A stretch of DNA of 64,000 nucleotides from Methanomethylovorans hollandica DSM 15978. GTDB taxonomy: Archaea > Halobacteriota > Methanosarcinia > Methanosarcinales > Methanosarcinaceae. The stretch lies in the NCBI RefSeq assembly GCF_000328665.1, contig NC_019977.1:124001-188000 (forward strand). Reading direction: 5' to 3'. The notes below the pieces were generated by a model that was not told where the DNA came from, did no database searches, and saw nothing but the letters and a program-made list of their open reading frames with translations. A program made the translations under genes and the position numbers. Numbering within the stretch: the stretch's first letter is position 1; each line of letters starts with the position of its first letter. This document shows, one piece after another, positions 51,337 through 62,328 of this stretch.

Positions 51337-52044
51337 ATGAGGCACAGGATATTCTACAATCCTTTAACAATGGTTTTTACCTTTATACTGTTGCTTCTGT
51401 TATCTGTTGTTGTATCATTTCTCTTTTTCGGGCTTGTAAGCTCAGCTTTTGCAAAATTGGGTTTTTCGTGGGGAGATGCATTCCTGCTTCTTTTCCTCTG
51501 TCTGATCGGCAGCAACATCAATGTCCCTCTCACAACACTGGAAACTGAGGTACCTATCCCTAATGGTAATTTCGTCAAGGTCTTCGGTGTAAAATACCGC
51601 GTACCTTTCATGGATAGTTTTGTAAGGAAGACCACAGTGGCTGTTAACATTGGAGGAGCAGTAATACCTATCTTTGTATCAGTCTACCTTCTTTATACAT
51701 ACCCTGGGGTGATAACCTATTCGCTGTATGGGATAATGATCGTAGCCGCAATTACTAAACTGGTAGCACGTCCTGTAAAAGGTGTGGGTATAGTGACACC
51801 CGCACTGGTACCTCCACTGGCCGCAGCGCTAAGCTCCATATTAATAATCTCTCAGTTTCCGGAAAATCACGACTTCATTTTCATAATTGCATATACTGGC
51901 GGTACCCTGGGCACCCTGGTAGGTGCAGATCTGCTCAATCTTAGGGGTATTACAAAGATAGGTGCGCCCGTAGTCAGTATAGGTGGAGCAGGCACTTTTG
52001 ATGGTGTTTTTCTTGCAGGTGTTATTGCTGTGCTCCTGGTGTAA
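51337..52044 (+). CDS. DUF1614 family membrane protein
   Basis: [38 protein letters not shown]. Confidence 0.85.
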   Translation: MRHRIFYNPLTMVFTFILLLLLSVVVSFLFFGLVSSAFAKLGFSWGDAFLLLFLCLIGSNINVPLTTLETEVPIPNGNFVKVFGVKYRVPFMDSFVRKTTVAVNIGGAVIPIFVSVYLLYTYPGVITYSLYGIMIVAAITKLVARPVKGVGIVTPALVPPLAAALSSILIISQFPENHDFIFIIAYTGGTLGTLVGADLLNLRGITKIGAPVVSIGGAGTFDGVFLAGVIAVLLV

Positions 52045-52087
52045 GGGTTCATAAATTATTAATACCAGGTTTGCTTGATTATCCATC

Positions 52088-52909
52088 ATGCTCACAAAAA
52101 GGATAATACCCTGTCTCGACGTAACACTTGATGAAGCTGGAGGAACCGTTGTCAAGGGCATTGAGTTCGTTGATCTTAGAAAAGCAGGCGACCCTGTGGA
52201 ACTTGCCAAGCGGTACAATGAACAGGGTGCTGATGAACTGGTATTTCTTGATATTACGGCTTCTCATGAAGGTAGGGGCACTATGATCGATGTTATCGAA
52301 AGAACTGCTGACGAGGTTTTCATTCCCCTTACTGTGGGAGGTGGTATTAATTCAATAGAGGACATCAGGCAGATCCTCCGAGCGGGTGCTGATAAAGTTT
52401 CTATCAATACTGCGGCAGTTAAAGATCCGGACCTCATCCGGCAATCATCACAGATATTTGGTTCTCAGTGCATTGTTACTGCCATCGATTGCAAGCGTAA
52501 TACTGATGTTGAGGGCAATCCTGATAAGGTTATATTGGAGCTTGAGGACGGTACTCCGGCATGGTACGAAGTTGTCATCTATGGAGGTCGTAAATCTACT
52601 GGTATCGATGCCGTACAGTGGGCAAAAAAAGTAGAGGAACTTGGTTCAGGTGAGATCCTGTTGACCAGTATGGACAGGGATGGCACATACGACGGATTCG
52701 ACATTCCAATTACCCGCAAGCTTTCTGAGGAACTGGACATACCTGTGATAGCTTCTGGGGGTGTGGGCAATCCACAACATATATATGAAGGCTTCATTAA
52801 AGGCAAGGCGGATGCTGCACTTGCAGCAAGTATCTTCCACTTCGGGGAATACACTGTGCAGGATGTGAAAGAATACCTCAGGGAAAGGAATATCCCTGTC
52901 AGGCTGTAA
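52088..52909 (+). CDS. hisF: Imidazole glycerol phosphate synthase cyclase subunit
   Basis: [32 protein letters not shown]. Confidence 0.96.
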   Translation: MLTKRIIPCLDVTLDEAGGTVVKGIEFVDLRKAGDPVELAKRYNEQGADELVFLDITASHEGRGTMIDVIERTADEVFIPLTVGGGINSIEDIRQILRAGADKVSINTAAVKDPDLIRQSSQIFGSQCIVTAIDCKRNTDVEGNPDKVILELEDGTPAWYEVVIYGGRKSTGIDAVQWAKKVEELGSGEILLTSMDRDGTYDGFDIPITRKLSEELDIPVIASGGVGNPQHIYEGFIKGKADAALAASIFHFGEYTVQDVKEYLRERNIPVRL

Positions 52910-52925
52910 TTCTGGAGATGTTATT

Positions 52926-53213
52926 CTGGAGATCAAGGAATTCCAGCAGTTCATGTCCGATCTGTATGGACACAACGATAGAAGGCGTGGTGCCACTGCA
53001 ACCATGTTATGGCTTGTGGAAGAAGTAGGAGAACTCGCGGAAGCTGTGCGCAGGCACGATACAGAGAACATAAGGGAAGAGCTTGCGGATTGTTTTGCCT
53101 GGGTGGGCGCTCTTGCAAACCTCTACAACGTGGATCTTGAAACTGCTTTCCTTGAAAAGTATCCGCGTGCATGTCCCACATGCGGCAAAAATCCATGTGT
53201 CTGCACGGATTGA
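52926..53213 (+). CDS. MazG-like nucleotide pyrophosphohydrolase (probable CTG start; first ATG at 52953)
   Basis: WLVEEVGELAE..EELAD; C-terminal CPTC..PCVC; in-frame CTG GAG ATC AAG GAA TTC CAG after GGAG. Confidence 0.85.
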   Translation: MEIKEFQQFMSDLYGHNDRRRGATATMLWLVEEVGELAEAVRRHDTENIREELADCFAWVGALANLYNVDLETAFLEKYPRACPTCGKNPCVCTD

Positions 53214-53232
53214 TCTGCCCAAAAAGCCTATA

Positions 53233-54129
53233 TCATATGTATGGTTCACAATGTATGTAGAGAATACTATCATTTCCATATTTTTCACGTAAGCGATTCT
53301 CTACTTCAGTGCATATATCATGGGCTTCGATAAGGCTAAGCTTATTATTCACCTGGATATGCACGTCAGTTGCAATATTGTTGCCTATCTTTCTTGTTTT
53401 AAGCTTGTGGAAGTCTTTAACCCCGTCGGTTGATGCAATTATATGCTGGATATCTTCAATGATCTCTTTTTCCGGGGCTGCTTCGGTAAGCTCATTTGTA
53501 TTCTTATATGTGATGTCGAATGCAACTTTAAATATGAACAAACTCAGTATTACCGCAGCAATTGGGTCAAGAACTGCCCACTTACCCCCAAGGGCTATCG
53601 CTCCTCCAATTCCCAGCATTGTCCCCACTGAGGAAAATGCGTCTGACCGGTGATGCCATGCGTTTGCTTCCATAGCATCGCTTTTTACCGATCTTGCATA
53701 ATTTAATGTATATCTGTATAACCATTCCTTTGAAATGATGGAAACCACTGCAGCAATAAAGGCTATTATTCCTGGTTGTTCCAGTTTTCCTCCATTAATT
53801 GCCAACAGGATCTTACTCAAGCCACCCACAAAAATCTCTAATCCTATTATGAAAAGAACAATTCCCACAAAAGCCGCGCACAGAGTCTCGATTTTACCAT
53901 GTCCATAATGATGATTAGTGTCTGCAGGTTTTCCTGCAGCTTTTAGTCCGACAATTACGACAATATCTGTTATAAAATCAGATAGTGAATGGACAGCATC
54001 TGCGACCATTGCTGCACTGTTGCCTAGGATTCCGGCAACGAATTTGAAAATAGTCAGGACAACATTTAATATCATCCCGTTCACAGTTACTTTTACTGCT
54101 GTTTCATTTCTTTCTTTTCCAGTCTGCAT
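53233..54129 (-). CDS. Cation diffusion facilitator (FieF-like) transporter
   Basis: ADAVHSLSD, HHYGHGKIE, AWHHRSD, HCEP. Confidence 0.92.
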   Translation of the reverse strand: MQTGKERNETAVKVTVNGMILNVVLTIFKFVAGILGNSAAMVADAVHSLSDFITDIVVIVGLKAAGKPADTNHHYGHGKIETLCAAFVGIVLFIIGLEIFVGGLSKILLAINGGKLEQPGIIAFIAAVVSIISKEWLYRYTLNYARSVKSDAMEANAWHHRSDAFSSVGTMLGIGGAIALGGKWAVLDPIAAVILSLFIFKVAFDITYKNTNELTEAAPEKEIIEDIQHIIASTDGVKDFHKLKTRKIGNNIATDVHIQVNNKLSLIEAHDICTEVENRLREKYGNDSILYIHCEPYI

Positions 54130-54391
54130 GCAATTAGATGCTCCGGTGGATAGAATAAGATATATATATATCTCTATTTAATTCTTTGTATATTTTTCGG
54201 GCACCATTTTCTTTTTTGTCTGCCTTCATTGCTTATTATTGCCATTACTTATTAACCATTTAACAATATGTTTTGAACACCTATCTTTTCAACTTTGATT
54301 CATGAACTTTAACCTGGCCTCTAATTTACTTTTTCACATTTCAGAACAATTTAAATAGATCTAACACAGAATTATCTATGTGTAGAGGGGG

Positions 54392-55375
54392 ATGTATATG
54401 GTCAACAATATCAGGATATATTTTATAGCCATTTTCTTGCTGACATTAACGATCTATTCCAGTGGCTGTATCAAGAATTTTGAAAAAGAGTCAAACATTA
54501 TAATAACGGATACTGAATTGTCCGCAGACAAAGTGACAAGTTCTTTTGTAGATATCAACGTGACGACTTATATTCTTCATACAAGCGGAGTTCAAAAAAA
54601 TGATACTTCACTGCAACTGAAGGTATTTGATAGTAATACTGACTTTTTGAAGTCAAGGAAAGCTACAGAGATAGGGCCCATAAAAGAAGGTGAGACAGCT
54701 TCAGTTTCTCACTCTATCAGATTGCCCAGAGAAGGCACATACAGGGTGGAATTTGTGCTGTCTGATGGCAATAAAACAAAATCCACGGCAGAGATATATT
54801 TGAGTGGGCTTGAAAGATTGAAGACTGACGTACAGGAAATAGGTATAGGTATAGATAGTATAGATTTCCTGGTTCGGAAGGTCGTAGGCAACAACGTTGT
54901 GATCGAATCTGATGTTTATCTCACTAATTCAGGTTCTAATGTGAGTCAAGACTACAAGATGCTGGTGAAAGCCCGCGAAATGGATGCACGTCTTATAGCA
55001 GACAAGGTCTGGGCCACCACTGGCCTAATAGGTCCGGAAGAGACAGTTGTCAGAAGTGTAAACCTTACAGTGCCTGATAACTACAATTATGTTGTAGAGG
55101 TCCTTGTCTGGAAGGATAATGTCCTTGTGAAGCGTGGAGAAGATTACGTCCAGTTGAATCCACAAAAAGTTATTGATAAAAACAAGACCGTTGAGTCTAA
55201 AGATATCGTAACAAGTGATTTTGTTGTGGAAACGCCTCCATCTGCACCGGGTGAAACACCTGCATATGAAACACCTTATGAAGAACCAGAAGTGGGTACA
55301 CCAGGATTTGGTTCAGTACTTGCTATAATCTCTCTGATTGCAGTATTTATCATCTTCAGGAGGAGATCTGTATGA
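54392..55375 (+). CDS. Surface (lipo)protein with PGF-CTERM sorting signal
   Basis: SGC lipobox-like; Pro/Glu linker; TPGF + TM + RRR. Confidence 0.82.
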   Translation: MYMVNNIRIYFIAIFLLTLTIYSSGCIKNFEKESNIIITDTELSADKVTSSFVDINVTTYILHTSGVQKNDTSLQLKVFDSNTDFLKSRKATEIGPIKEGETASVSHSIRLPREGTYRVEFVLSDGNKTKSTAEIYLSGLERLKTDVQEIGIGIDSIDFLVRKVVGNNVVIESDVYLTNSGSNVSQDYKMLVKAREMDARLIADKVWATTGLIGPEETVVRSVNLTVPDNYNYVVEVLVWKDNVLVKRGEDYVQLNPQKVIDKNKTVESKDIVTSDFVVETPPSAPGETPAYETPYEEPEVGTPGFGSVLAIISLIAVFIIFRRRSV

Positions 55376-55668
55376 GTGGGGAATTAAAAGAAACTGGAAA
55401 TATGGGGCAGGTGCAATCTCCTGCACCAGTAAAGGCGAAAGAGAAAAAAGAAGCATCAATGGAGGACTATTTTAGAGCTGGTCTATTAATACTGGTAGGT
55501 CTTCTTCTTGCAATTTCAGTACTCCAGTTCATCGGTTCGGTAGATCAGGTTATATACACATGGTTTGAGTCGGAATATATTCCCATCATCAGGGCTGTGT
55601 TTAATCTCGCAGTTGTAGTTTTCTGTTTATATATTATAAAATTCTACCTTATGAAAAAGAAGGTATAG
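55372..55668 (+). CDS. Small 2-TM membrane protein
   Basis: ATG overlaps upstream stop after GGAGG; two hydrophobic helices. Confidence 0.7.
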   Translation: MSGELKETGNMGQVQSPAPVKAKEKKEASMEDYFRAGLLILVGLLLAISVLQFIGSVDQVIYTWFESEYIPIIRAVFNLAVVVFCLYIIKFYLMKKKV

Positions 55669-55736
55669 ACTTCTTTGGATACATTCCCGAACATTGGCCG
55701 GAAACTTCAAAGTATTCCGGATATCTTTTATATATT

Positions 55737-58205
55737 GTGACATCATCAGAACATCTCATGTCCTCGGTCCCTGAACTGCTGGCCCCTGCCGGTGATATGC
55801 TATCTCTTAAGGCAGCTGTGGAAAATGGTGCAGACGCTGTGTACCTGGGCGTTAAGAAGCTAAGTGCCAGAGCTTATGCTTCTAATTTCTCTCTCGATGA
55901 GCTGGAACAAGTTATTGATTATGCTCATCTTAGGGGTGTGAAGGTATATATTACAGTGAATACTCTTATAAAAGATGCTGAATTTGCCGAGGCAGCCGAA
56001 ACTTTGCAGAGTATTGCCGCATATGGAGCAGATGCCGTAATAGTGCAGGATATCGGTTTGCTTTCATTTTTACGTGAATTTCTTCCGGAGCTTCCTGTAC
56101 ATGCAAGTACGCAGATGACAGTACATAACACTGAAAGTGTGCGTTTACTTGAAGATGTGGGTGTGAAAAGGATCGTGCTTGCAAGAGAACTTCCACTTGA
56201 AGCCATCCGTTCAATACATGATAATACGCATGCAGAACTTGAGATCTTCATTCATGGTGCTCTATGTATTTGTTATTCGGGCCAATGTCTGCTTAGCAGC
56301 ATAATAGGCGGAAGAAGCGGTAACAGAGGATACTGTGCACAGCCCTGTCGTAAACAGTATGCTCTTATGAAAAATGGAAAAGAAGTCGATGTTAAGGGAA
56401 ATTTCCTGCTAAGCCCAAAGGACCTTAATACCGCTGAAATCCTGCCTCAAATAATCGAAGCAGGTGTTTCATCCCTTAAGATAGAAGGGAGGATGAAACG
56501 ACCTGAATATGTGGCAGGTGTAGTGAGTATTTATAGACAGCTTCTGGACCGGTATGCAGCAGACCCGACAAGATATTTTGTATCTGAGGAAGAATTAAGA
56601 ACACTTGAACAGCTTTTTAACAGGGGTTTTACCCATGCATATCTTTCAGGAAAACCACGCATTGAGCTAATGGACCACGACATGCCCCATAACCGAGGGG
56701 TTCTGGTGGGCACAGTAATTGGTCATTCAGGAGGAGGCTGTGTAAGCCTCAAATTGTCAGGCTCTCTCAATGTTGGCGATGGGATTGGTTTTTCATCGGA
56801 GGGAACGGGTGAGAATGTAACCAGGATGTTCTACGAGAGCAGACCGATCACTTCTGCTGGTAAAGGCATGATTGTAGATCTGCTTCTTTCCAACCCCGTA
56901 TCTGCAGGTACGCAGGTATACAGGACTTCTGATAGCTCACTTATTAAGTCTATGGAACGATCTTTCACTTCTCAAATGCCTGTACGCAAAGTGCCCGTGA
57001 GGCTTAAGCTTACTGCTGTAAAAGGCAAAAATCTGGAAATGTCTTTGGAGGATCACAATAACAATGTAGTAAGGATGGTTTCAGAATACATTGTCCAGCC
57101 ATCCCAAAAAAACCCAACAACCGAGAAGGATATGGAAAAACAGCTTTTAAAACTTGGAAATACTGTTTTCTATCCGGTCTCACTGGAGATTTTATCAGAC
57201 CCCGATATTTTCGTTCCTATCAGGGAACTGAACAATATCCGTAACAGTGCCGTTCAGGAAATGGAGAAGATAAGGATCATAAAATGGAAACGTATATTTG
57301 AAGATTTTATTTTTTCACTGCCTTCTTATCTTGAGGACAATACAGGAACACCTTTCTTGTCTGTCAGTGTGAATACTCTGGATGGATTATTGTGTGCAGC
57401 AGATGAAGGTGCGGGTGTAATTTATTATGGAGATGAGAACTTCCGCAGTCACACGAAAGCCACATTAAAAGAAGCACATGATATTACATGCAGAACAGGC
57501 TGCAGGATTTATCTTACAACACCATCTATTGTCTGGGATAAGGAGATGGATGAACTGCATTTGCTTATCCGGGAGGCACTGGGAATTGGTTTCCACGGCG
57601 TGCTTGTTGGCAACCTTGGTGTTCTCAGAGTAGTTCAACAGTTGGGTTGCAATTTTATTATAGACTATCCTCTTAACGTATTCAACAACAGGTCGTGTTC
57701 ATTTTTTCATAGGGCAGGCTCTGAAGCTGTTACCTTATCTCCGGAACTTGCAATGGGGCAGGTTTCATCATTGAGCAGGTATGGGAATGTGGAATGTGTG
57801 GTACATGGAAATCTCAAGCTCATGGATATAGAGAGTTGCATCGTTGGAAGTTTGCTGGGTGGAAAAAACGATGCATGCTGTATGCCCTGCAGGGATAATA
57901 CGTTTGCAATAAAGGATGAGAAAGGTTTTGAATTCCCGCTGCTTATGGATGAACACTGCAGGACCCATATTTTCAATTCCAGGGAATTATGTCTGCTGGA
58001 TGATGTTACCAGCTTTGTCAAAGCAGGTGTATTCAGATTCAGGATAGAGGCAAGGTATATGGATGCGCAGAAAGTGCGGTTAGTAGTAGCCGCATACAAA
58101 AAAAGTATCGGTCAATGTATCTCCAAGCAAGCGATCTCCTATATTTCCTGCAGGGATATATCTGGCAAATACACAAAAGGGCATTATTTCAGAGGTGTAC
58201 TATGA
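55737..58205 (+). CDS. U32 family protein (RlhA-like long form)
   Basis: ELLAPAG, GADAVYLG, HASTQ, HGALCICYSGQC..NRGYCAQPCR, LKIEGR. Confidence 0.88.
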   Translation: MTSSEHLMSSVPELLAPAGDMLSLKAAVENGADAVYLGVKKLSARAYASNFSLDELEQVIDYAHLRGVKVYITVNTLIKDAEFAEAAETLQSIAAYGADAVIVQDIGLLSFLREFLPELPVHASTQMTVHNTESVRLLEDVGVKRIVLARELPLEAIRSIHDNTHAELEIFIHGALCICYSGQCLLSSIIGGRSGNRGYCAQPCRKQYALMKNGKEVDVKGNFLLSPKDLNTAEILPQIIEAGVSSLKIEGRMKRPEYVAGVVSIYRQLLDRYAADPTRYFVSEEELRTLEQLFNRGFTHAYLSGKPRIELMDHDMPHNRGVLVGTVIGHSGGGCVSLKLSGSLNVGDGIGFSSEGTGENVTRMFYESRPITSAGKGMIVDLLLSNPVSAGTQVYRTSDSSLIKSMERSFTSQMPVRKVPVRLKLTAVKGKNLEMSLEDHNNNVVRMVSEYIVQPSQKNPTTEKDMEKQLLKLGNTVFYPVSLEILSDPDIFVPIRELNNIRNSAVQEMEKIRIIKWKRIFEDFIFSLPSYLEDNTGTPFLSVSVNTLDGLLCAADEGAGVIYYGDENFRSHTKATLKEAHDITCRTGCRIYLTTPSIVWDKEMDELHLLIREALGIGFHGVLVGNLGVLRVVQQLGCNFIIDYPLNVFNNRSCSFFHRAGSEAVTLSPELAMGQVSSLSRYGNVECVVHGNLKLMDIESCIVGSLLGGKNDACCMPCRDNTFAIKDEKGFEFPLLMDEHCRTHIFNSRELCLLDDVTSFVKAGVFRFRIEARYMDAQKVRLVVAAYKKSIGQCISKQAISYISCRDISGKYTKGHYFRGVL

Positions 58206-58630
58206 AGGTATTCTTTTCAGGTTCTATTCGTGGTGGAAGGGAATTGTTATCAGTTTATCAGCATCTTTGCTCATTTATTGTTTCTAAAGGTCATGAGGTA
58301 CTTACCGAGCATGTAGCTGATCCACAGGTTGAAAAAGTGGAGTCTGCCATGACAGAGCAGGAGATCTTTGCAAGGGATATGGCTCTCTTAGAGCACAGTT
58401 CATGCCTTATTGCAGAGGTAAGTATTCCTTCTACAGGCGTTGGCTATGAGATATGCAGTGCAGTTCAAAGGAATATTCCGGTACTCTGTCTGTACAGACC
58501 CGGAGCAAACGTGTCGGCTATGGTCCTAGGTAATCCCTATGTTGCCCTGTGGCAGTATTCCACACTGGAGGGACTTGATACCAAAGTGTTGGCCTTCCTT
58601 ATCTCGCTACAGGCAGAAATATGGGGATAA
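58202..58630 (+). CDS. Nucleoside 2-deoxyribosyltransferase/DNPH1-like N-glycosidase
   Basis: MKVFFSGSIRGGR, IFARD, IAEVSIPSTGVGYE, SAMV; start reset to ATG 58202. Confidence 0.85.
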   Translation: MKVFFSGSIRGGRELLSVYQHLCSFIVSKGHEVLTEHVADPQVEKVESAMTEQEIFARDMALLEHSSCLIAEVSIPSTGVGYEICSAVQRNIPVLCLYRPGANVSAMVLGNPYVALWQYSTLEGLDTKVLAFLISLQAEIWG

Positions 58631-58664
58631 TAGTTAAATATTTATTCTGCCATATATTACACAC

Positions 58665-58910
58665 ATGGTTACAGAGATCATAATCGTTCTGGCTGCAATA
58701 GTAATTGCATACCTGCTTTATAAAGTCCTGAAGACCATAAAAAGCATGGTGATCAATGCTATTATGGGATTATTGGTGCTTGTTATCGCCAATACCGCTC
58801 TGGGACTGGAAATAGCATACTCATGGGTTGTGGTCTTCACCTGTGCCATTGCAGGTGTGTTTGGTGCCATCCTTGTGATCCTGCTGCACTATGCGGGCAT
58901 CTTCTTCTGA
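58665..58910 (+). CDS. BofA-like small membrane protein
   Basis: INAIMGLLVL..N..GL.I..AGVFGAILVILL pattern. Confidence 0.7.
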   Translation: MVTEIIIVLAAIVIAYLLYKVLKTIKSMVINAIMGLLVLVIANTALGLEIAYSWVVVFTCAIAGVFGAILVILLHYAGIFF

Positions 58911-59581
58911 TTATAACACATAACGGCACTGATCATGTGCCTGATATATTTCTCTCTTCTATACTTTTTTTCCAGCAGTTTGTCTTTCAATTCAAGGAAC
59001 TGGAATCCTTTAAAAAGTGTCCTTATTTCTTCGGGGGTGAAGTAGTGGTAAAGTATTCCAGTCTGGCGCATAAAACTGCGCTCTTCTACTTCCTCTCCTC
59101 CATATCTCATATCCTGAGAACCAAACACCTCTAGGAATACCAATCCATTGCATTTTAAAACTCTTCTTATCTCTCTTGTTGCAGCATATCTTCCTGCTTC
59201 AGTGAGATGCTGCAGTACTCCCAGACAGATCACGGCATCAAAAGTTTCTTCCTTAAAGGGCAAGTGGGTAAGACTTGCAGTGGTATAATCAGCTTTTCTA
59301 TCCTGCTTTTTCAGGTACTCCCTTGCTTTGTGCAAAGCAATGGATGAAATATCCATACCTGTTGTGCTGTAGCAGGTGGACAATGGAAACAGATGTCTTC
59401 CACATCCGCATCCTACATCCAGTATTTTGCTTCCGGGAGGAAGCATTTCTGTTATATGGGATATGGAGCCGGCACAGCCCCACTGCAAATGCCTGTACTC
59501 CCTTTCCCACGCAAGAATATCTTCTTTCTCTATCAATTCTTCATGGCCTGTAACTTGCAGCTTCACTGAATCTCTTTGCAA
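58889..59581 (-). CDS. Class I SAM-dependent methyltransferase
   Basis: [27 protein letters not shown]; exact start uncertain. Confidence 0.85.
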   Translation of the reverse strand: MQRDSVKLQVTGHEELIEKEDILAWEREYRHLQWGCAGSISHITEMLPPGSKILDVGCGCGRHLFPLSTCYSTTGMDISSIALHKAREYLKKQDRKADYTTASLTHLPFKEETFDAVICLGVLQHLTEAGRYAATREIRRVLKCNGLVFLEVFGSQDMRYGGEEVEERSFMRQTGILYHYFTPEEIRTLFKGFQFLELKDKLLEKKYRREKYIRHMISAVMCYNQKKMPA

Positions 59582-61133
59582 GGAAGTCCTTTTCCATTGA
59601 TGAAAGGAACCATCCGGCTTTTGGTCCGGACTGCTGTCCCAGCACGGCCAGATAGATGGCTTTGAACATTTCAGTGGGCTTCACTTCCAAATCATCAGAG
59701 GACATTTCCATTATGCGGCCCATCCTGGCGTTAAGTGAAGAACTCTTATCCTGGGAGGAATAGACAAGGTTATGGTAATCTTCCCCTGTTAGTTCGCTTG
59801 CAGCTTCTATTTCCTCGGCCAAAGCCTGCAGGAAAGCTCTCTGGATATCGGTCAAGGTTGCAGCCTGTACCGGCATTTCTTCCTTCACACTGAACTTCAC
59901 CATGTCAGGAGCATACATCTCAAGCCACTTTCCTACGTTCTCTGCAAGCTCCAGGATACATTTCTCGTTCTTTGTGCTGTATCCCGATCTTTCAACTATT
60001 TTCATAACCTTGTCAAGATCACCGTGAGCTACCTGATAAATGGTGATCATGTGCTTGAATGGAATGTCTGTATGGCAGATTCCTGCTGCATGTGATAGCT
60101 CTTTCAGTCGCTTATTATAGCCGGATTCTTCTGCGTTAGCACTTAACTTTTCATATTCTTCTACCAGGTTGAGCAGAGGCAGGGAAGGATCAAAGCGAAT
60201 ATGCTTTTCAGGTTTTGTTCTTATGATCAGATATCTCAATATTTCGGGCGGAAGAACTTCCAGCATATCGGATATTGCTACTACCACTCCGCTTGAGGAG
60301 GACATTGCGCCTTTTGTACCCAGCATGATCCATTCATATACAATCGGGTATGGTGCTTTGTATCCATATATCTCCTCGCTTATGGCTTTGCCTGTATCGT
60401 AGGACCCACCTTTGGAAGCATGGTCCTTCCCGAAAGGCTCAGCTGTAACTCCCAGCACACCCCAGCGGGCAGGCCAGTCCACACGCCATGTAAGTTTTCC
60501 TCCTCCGGTCATTGATACTGTTCCACAGTCGCCGCAGGAGCAAGCATAATCTATTGTCTCTGCTTCAATATCAAAACCAGTGACTTTAGTGGTCGTAAGC
60601 CGGCCACATTTGCTACAGATCGGATTAAATGGGCTCCAGTCAGCTGTGACCTCTTTTCCGGAATGTTCCTGCAGTATACGCGCGATTTTGTCCCTGTTGA
60701 GAAGAGCGGTTTTGATGCTTTCTACATACATTCCCTGTTTATACATCTCATCAGCCCTGTATATTTTAGGATGAATGCCTAAACGGTCCAGTGCTTTGTA
60801 GAAAGGTTTGAGAAAATGTTCAGCATAACTGTAACATTCACCGCATGGGCAGGGGATTTCTGAAATGGGCTTTCCCACATGTTGTGCAAAACTTTCATCA
60901 AGAAATGGATATACTTTCCTCAGAGGATCGTATGTGTCTGCAACATAGATTATTTCTGCATCCGCTCCCTGATCCAGCAGGGCACGATATGTTGCGTCTG
61001 CTGTGACCACTTCTCTCATGTTCCCTATGTGTATGTGTCCGGAAGGGGTGATGCCAGTTGCTACAAGGTGTTTTTTTCCACTCCTTAGGATCTCCTCTGC
61101 CATGACATCTGCCCAATGCGTAATCTCTACCAT
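59541..61133 (-). CDS. lysS: Lysine-tRNA ligase, class I
   Basis: [17 protein letters not shown] (HIGH-like), [24 protein letters not shown]. Confidence 0.95.
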   Translation of the reverse strand: MVEITHWADVMAEEILRSGKKHLVATGITPSGHIHIGNMREVVTADATYRALLDQGADAEIIYVADTYDPLRKVYPFLDESFAQHVGKPISEIPCPCGECYSYAEHFLKPFYKALDRLGIHPKIYRADEMYKQGMYVESIKTALLNRDKIARILQEHSGKEVTADWSPFNPICSKCGRLTTTKVTGFDIEAETIDYACSCGDCGTVSMTGGGKLTWRVDWPARWGVLGVTAEPFGKDHASKGGSYDTGKAISEEIYGYKAPYPIVYEWIMLGTKGAMSSSSGVVVAISDMLEVLPPEILRYLIIRTKPEKHIRFDPSLPLLNLVEEYEKLSANAEESGYNKRLKELSHAAGICHTDIPFKHMITIYQVAHGDLDKVMKIVERSGYSTKNEKCILELAENVGKWLEMYAPDMVKFSVKEEMPVQAATLTDIQRAFLQALAEEIEAASELTGEDYHNLVYSSQDKSSSLNARMGRIMEMSSDDLEVKPTEMFKAIYLAVLGQQSGPKAGWFLSSMEKDFLAKRFSEAASYRP

Positions 61134-61301
61134 ATTAGTTCACCAAATTCATAATAATGATGCATTATGAAATTATATACTATTATTTTAGAGCTGTGGT
61201 GTAAAGGCATGTCTGGGCGGTTTAATATTCCCTTTCTGTACTAAACGTTCGCACAAGTACGAATCGAAAGAGTTAATTAGTAGTATATACTCCTTTCCTC
61301 A

Positions 61302-61559
61302 ATGACTCGCATAACACCTAAAGGAGAAAGGAACAGTATTTCAGCTATGAGGGATATATTCATGCTGTATCGGATGAGGGATCCGGCATGTGATGAACTT
61401 GCTTCTCTTATTGAAATTCTGGGTACTCATGGTGCTATTGCATCCTCTCCGGTTCTTTATGATGAAGGTGACCATTCCGAAGACGATGAAACAGATGCCA
61501 GTGCTACCCAAGCTGTGCTTGTATTTACTGGTGAACTCCAAAGTTCAGAAGCTCAGTGA
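61302..61559 (+). CDS. Small acidic hypothetical protein
   Basis: 85-aa ORF in the gap between lysS and the next gene; no recognisable motif. Confidence 0.35.
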   Translation: MTRITPKGERNSISAMRDIFMLYRMRDPACDELASLIEILGTHGAIASSPVLYDEGDHSEDDETDASATQAVLVFTGELQSSEAQ

Positions 61560-62328
61560 CCTCTTTTTTAAACTCTTCAAAAAACAGATAGCATTTTATT
61601 ATGTCCCCATTACTTTTAAGTGTATCCAGAAATCCATACCAATAGACCACTAATCCATGACCGGACATCTGTTCGTAATGGGAAAACTGTTTTTTAGTAT
61701 AGCGTTTGTGTTCCTGCTCATCCCCAAAGATCGCTTTACTCTCTATCCAGAATACTTTTATGCCATCTATAGTTATGGGTTCAGCCAACAGGAAATCTGG
61801 CGTTTTGGTTGTATTCTGCTCTCTTAATTGGACCTCGGTCAGAAACTCTATCTTATGAGCTTTAAGCCATCGGGAGATTATCTCCTCGCCGAGTCTACCT
61901 TTTTCCAGTTGCAGATTGTGTGCATGTGGAGAAAAAAAATGATCTTCATCCAGCGCCTGAATGATCTCCTGGCTCAACCGTTTGTTTTGAAGTTTCTCCG
62001 GGTAGTTAAATGCCATCTTTTTAGGTATATTCAGTTCCTTCAGAATAACGGAAGCCATCAATGTGGCAGGTATTTTTTCGGCCCCGGCCATTTCAAGTAT
62101 CGTTTTTCCTCGGTTCCATTGTTCCAGCTGTGCCGGTCCGTTCCTCTTCAAATGTCCAAAGTCTGATCTAACCTTAGATACTGTCTTTTGTGATAATATT
62201 GTATACGCAATTCCAGGGTGGACGCCGAACTCTTTGGCCACAGGTCCTATGTCTTCTATGTCCTCCAATAATCCATAGATCTCTTTATATTTGCTTTTGT
62301 CCATGTATTGTTCCTTTCCTGTGACCAT
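61525..62328 (-). CDS. CDIN1/C15orf41-like PD-(D/E)xK nuclease-fold protein
   Basis: KTPDFLL..FWIESKAIFGD..Q..Y..GHGLVVYWYGF; start may be the ATG at 62304. Confidence 0.8.
   Translation of the reverse strand: MVTGKEQYMDKSKYKEIYGLLEDIEDIGPVAKEFGVHPGIAYTILSQKTVSKVRSDFGHLKRNGPAQLEQWNRGKTILEMAGAEKIPATLMASVILKELNIPKKMAFNYPEKLQNKRLSQEIIQALDEDHFFSPHAHNLQLEKGRLGEEIISRWLKAHKIEFLTEVQLREQNTTKTPDFLLAEPITIDGIKVFWIESKAIFGDEQEHKRYTKKQFSHYEQMSGHGLVVYWYGFLDTLKSNGDIIKCYLFFEEFKKEVTELLNFGVHQ

Noticed and set aside
59541..61133. Class I LysRS as unusual
   Set aside because: Normal for archaea, including Methanosarcinaceae
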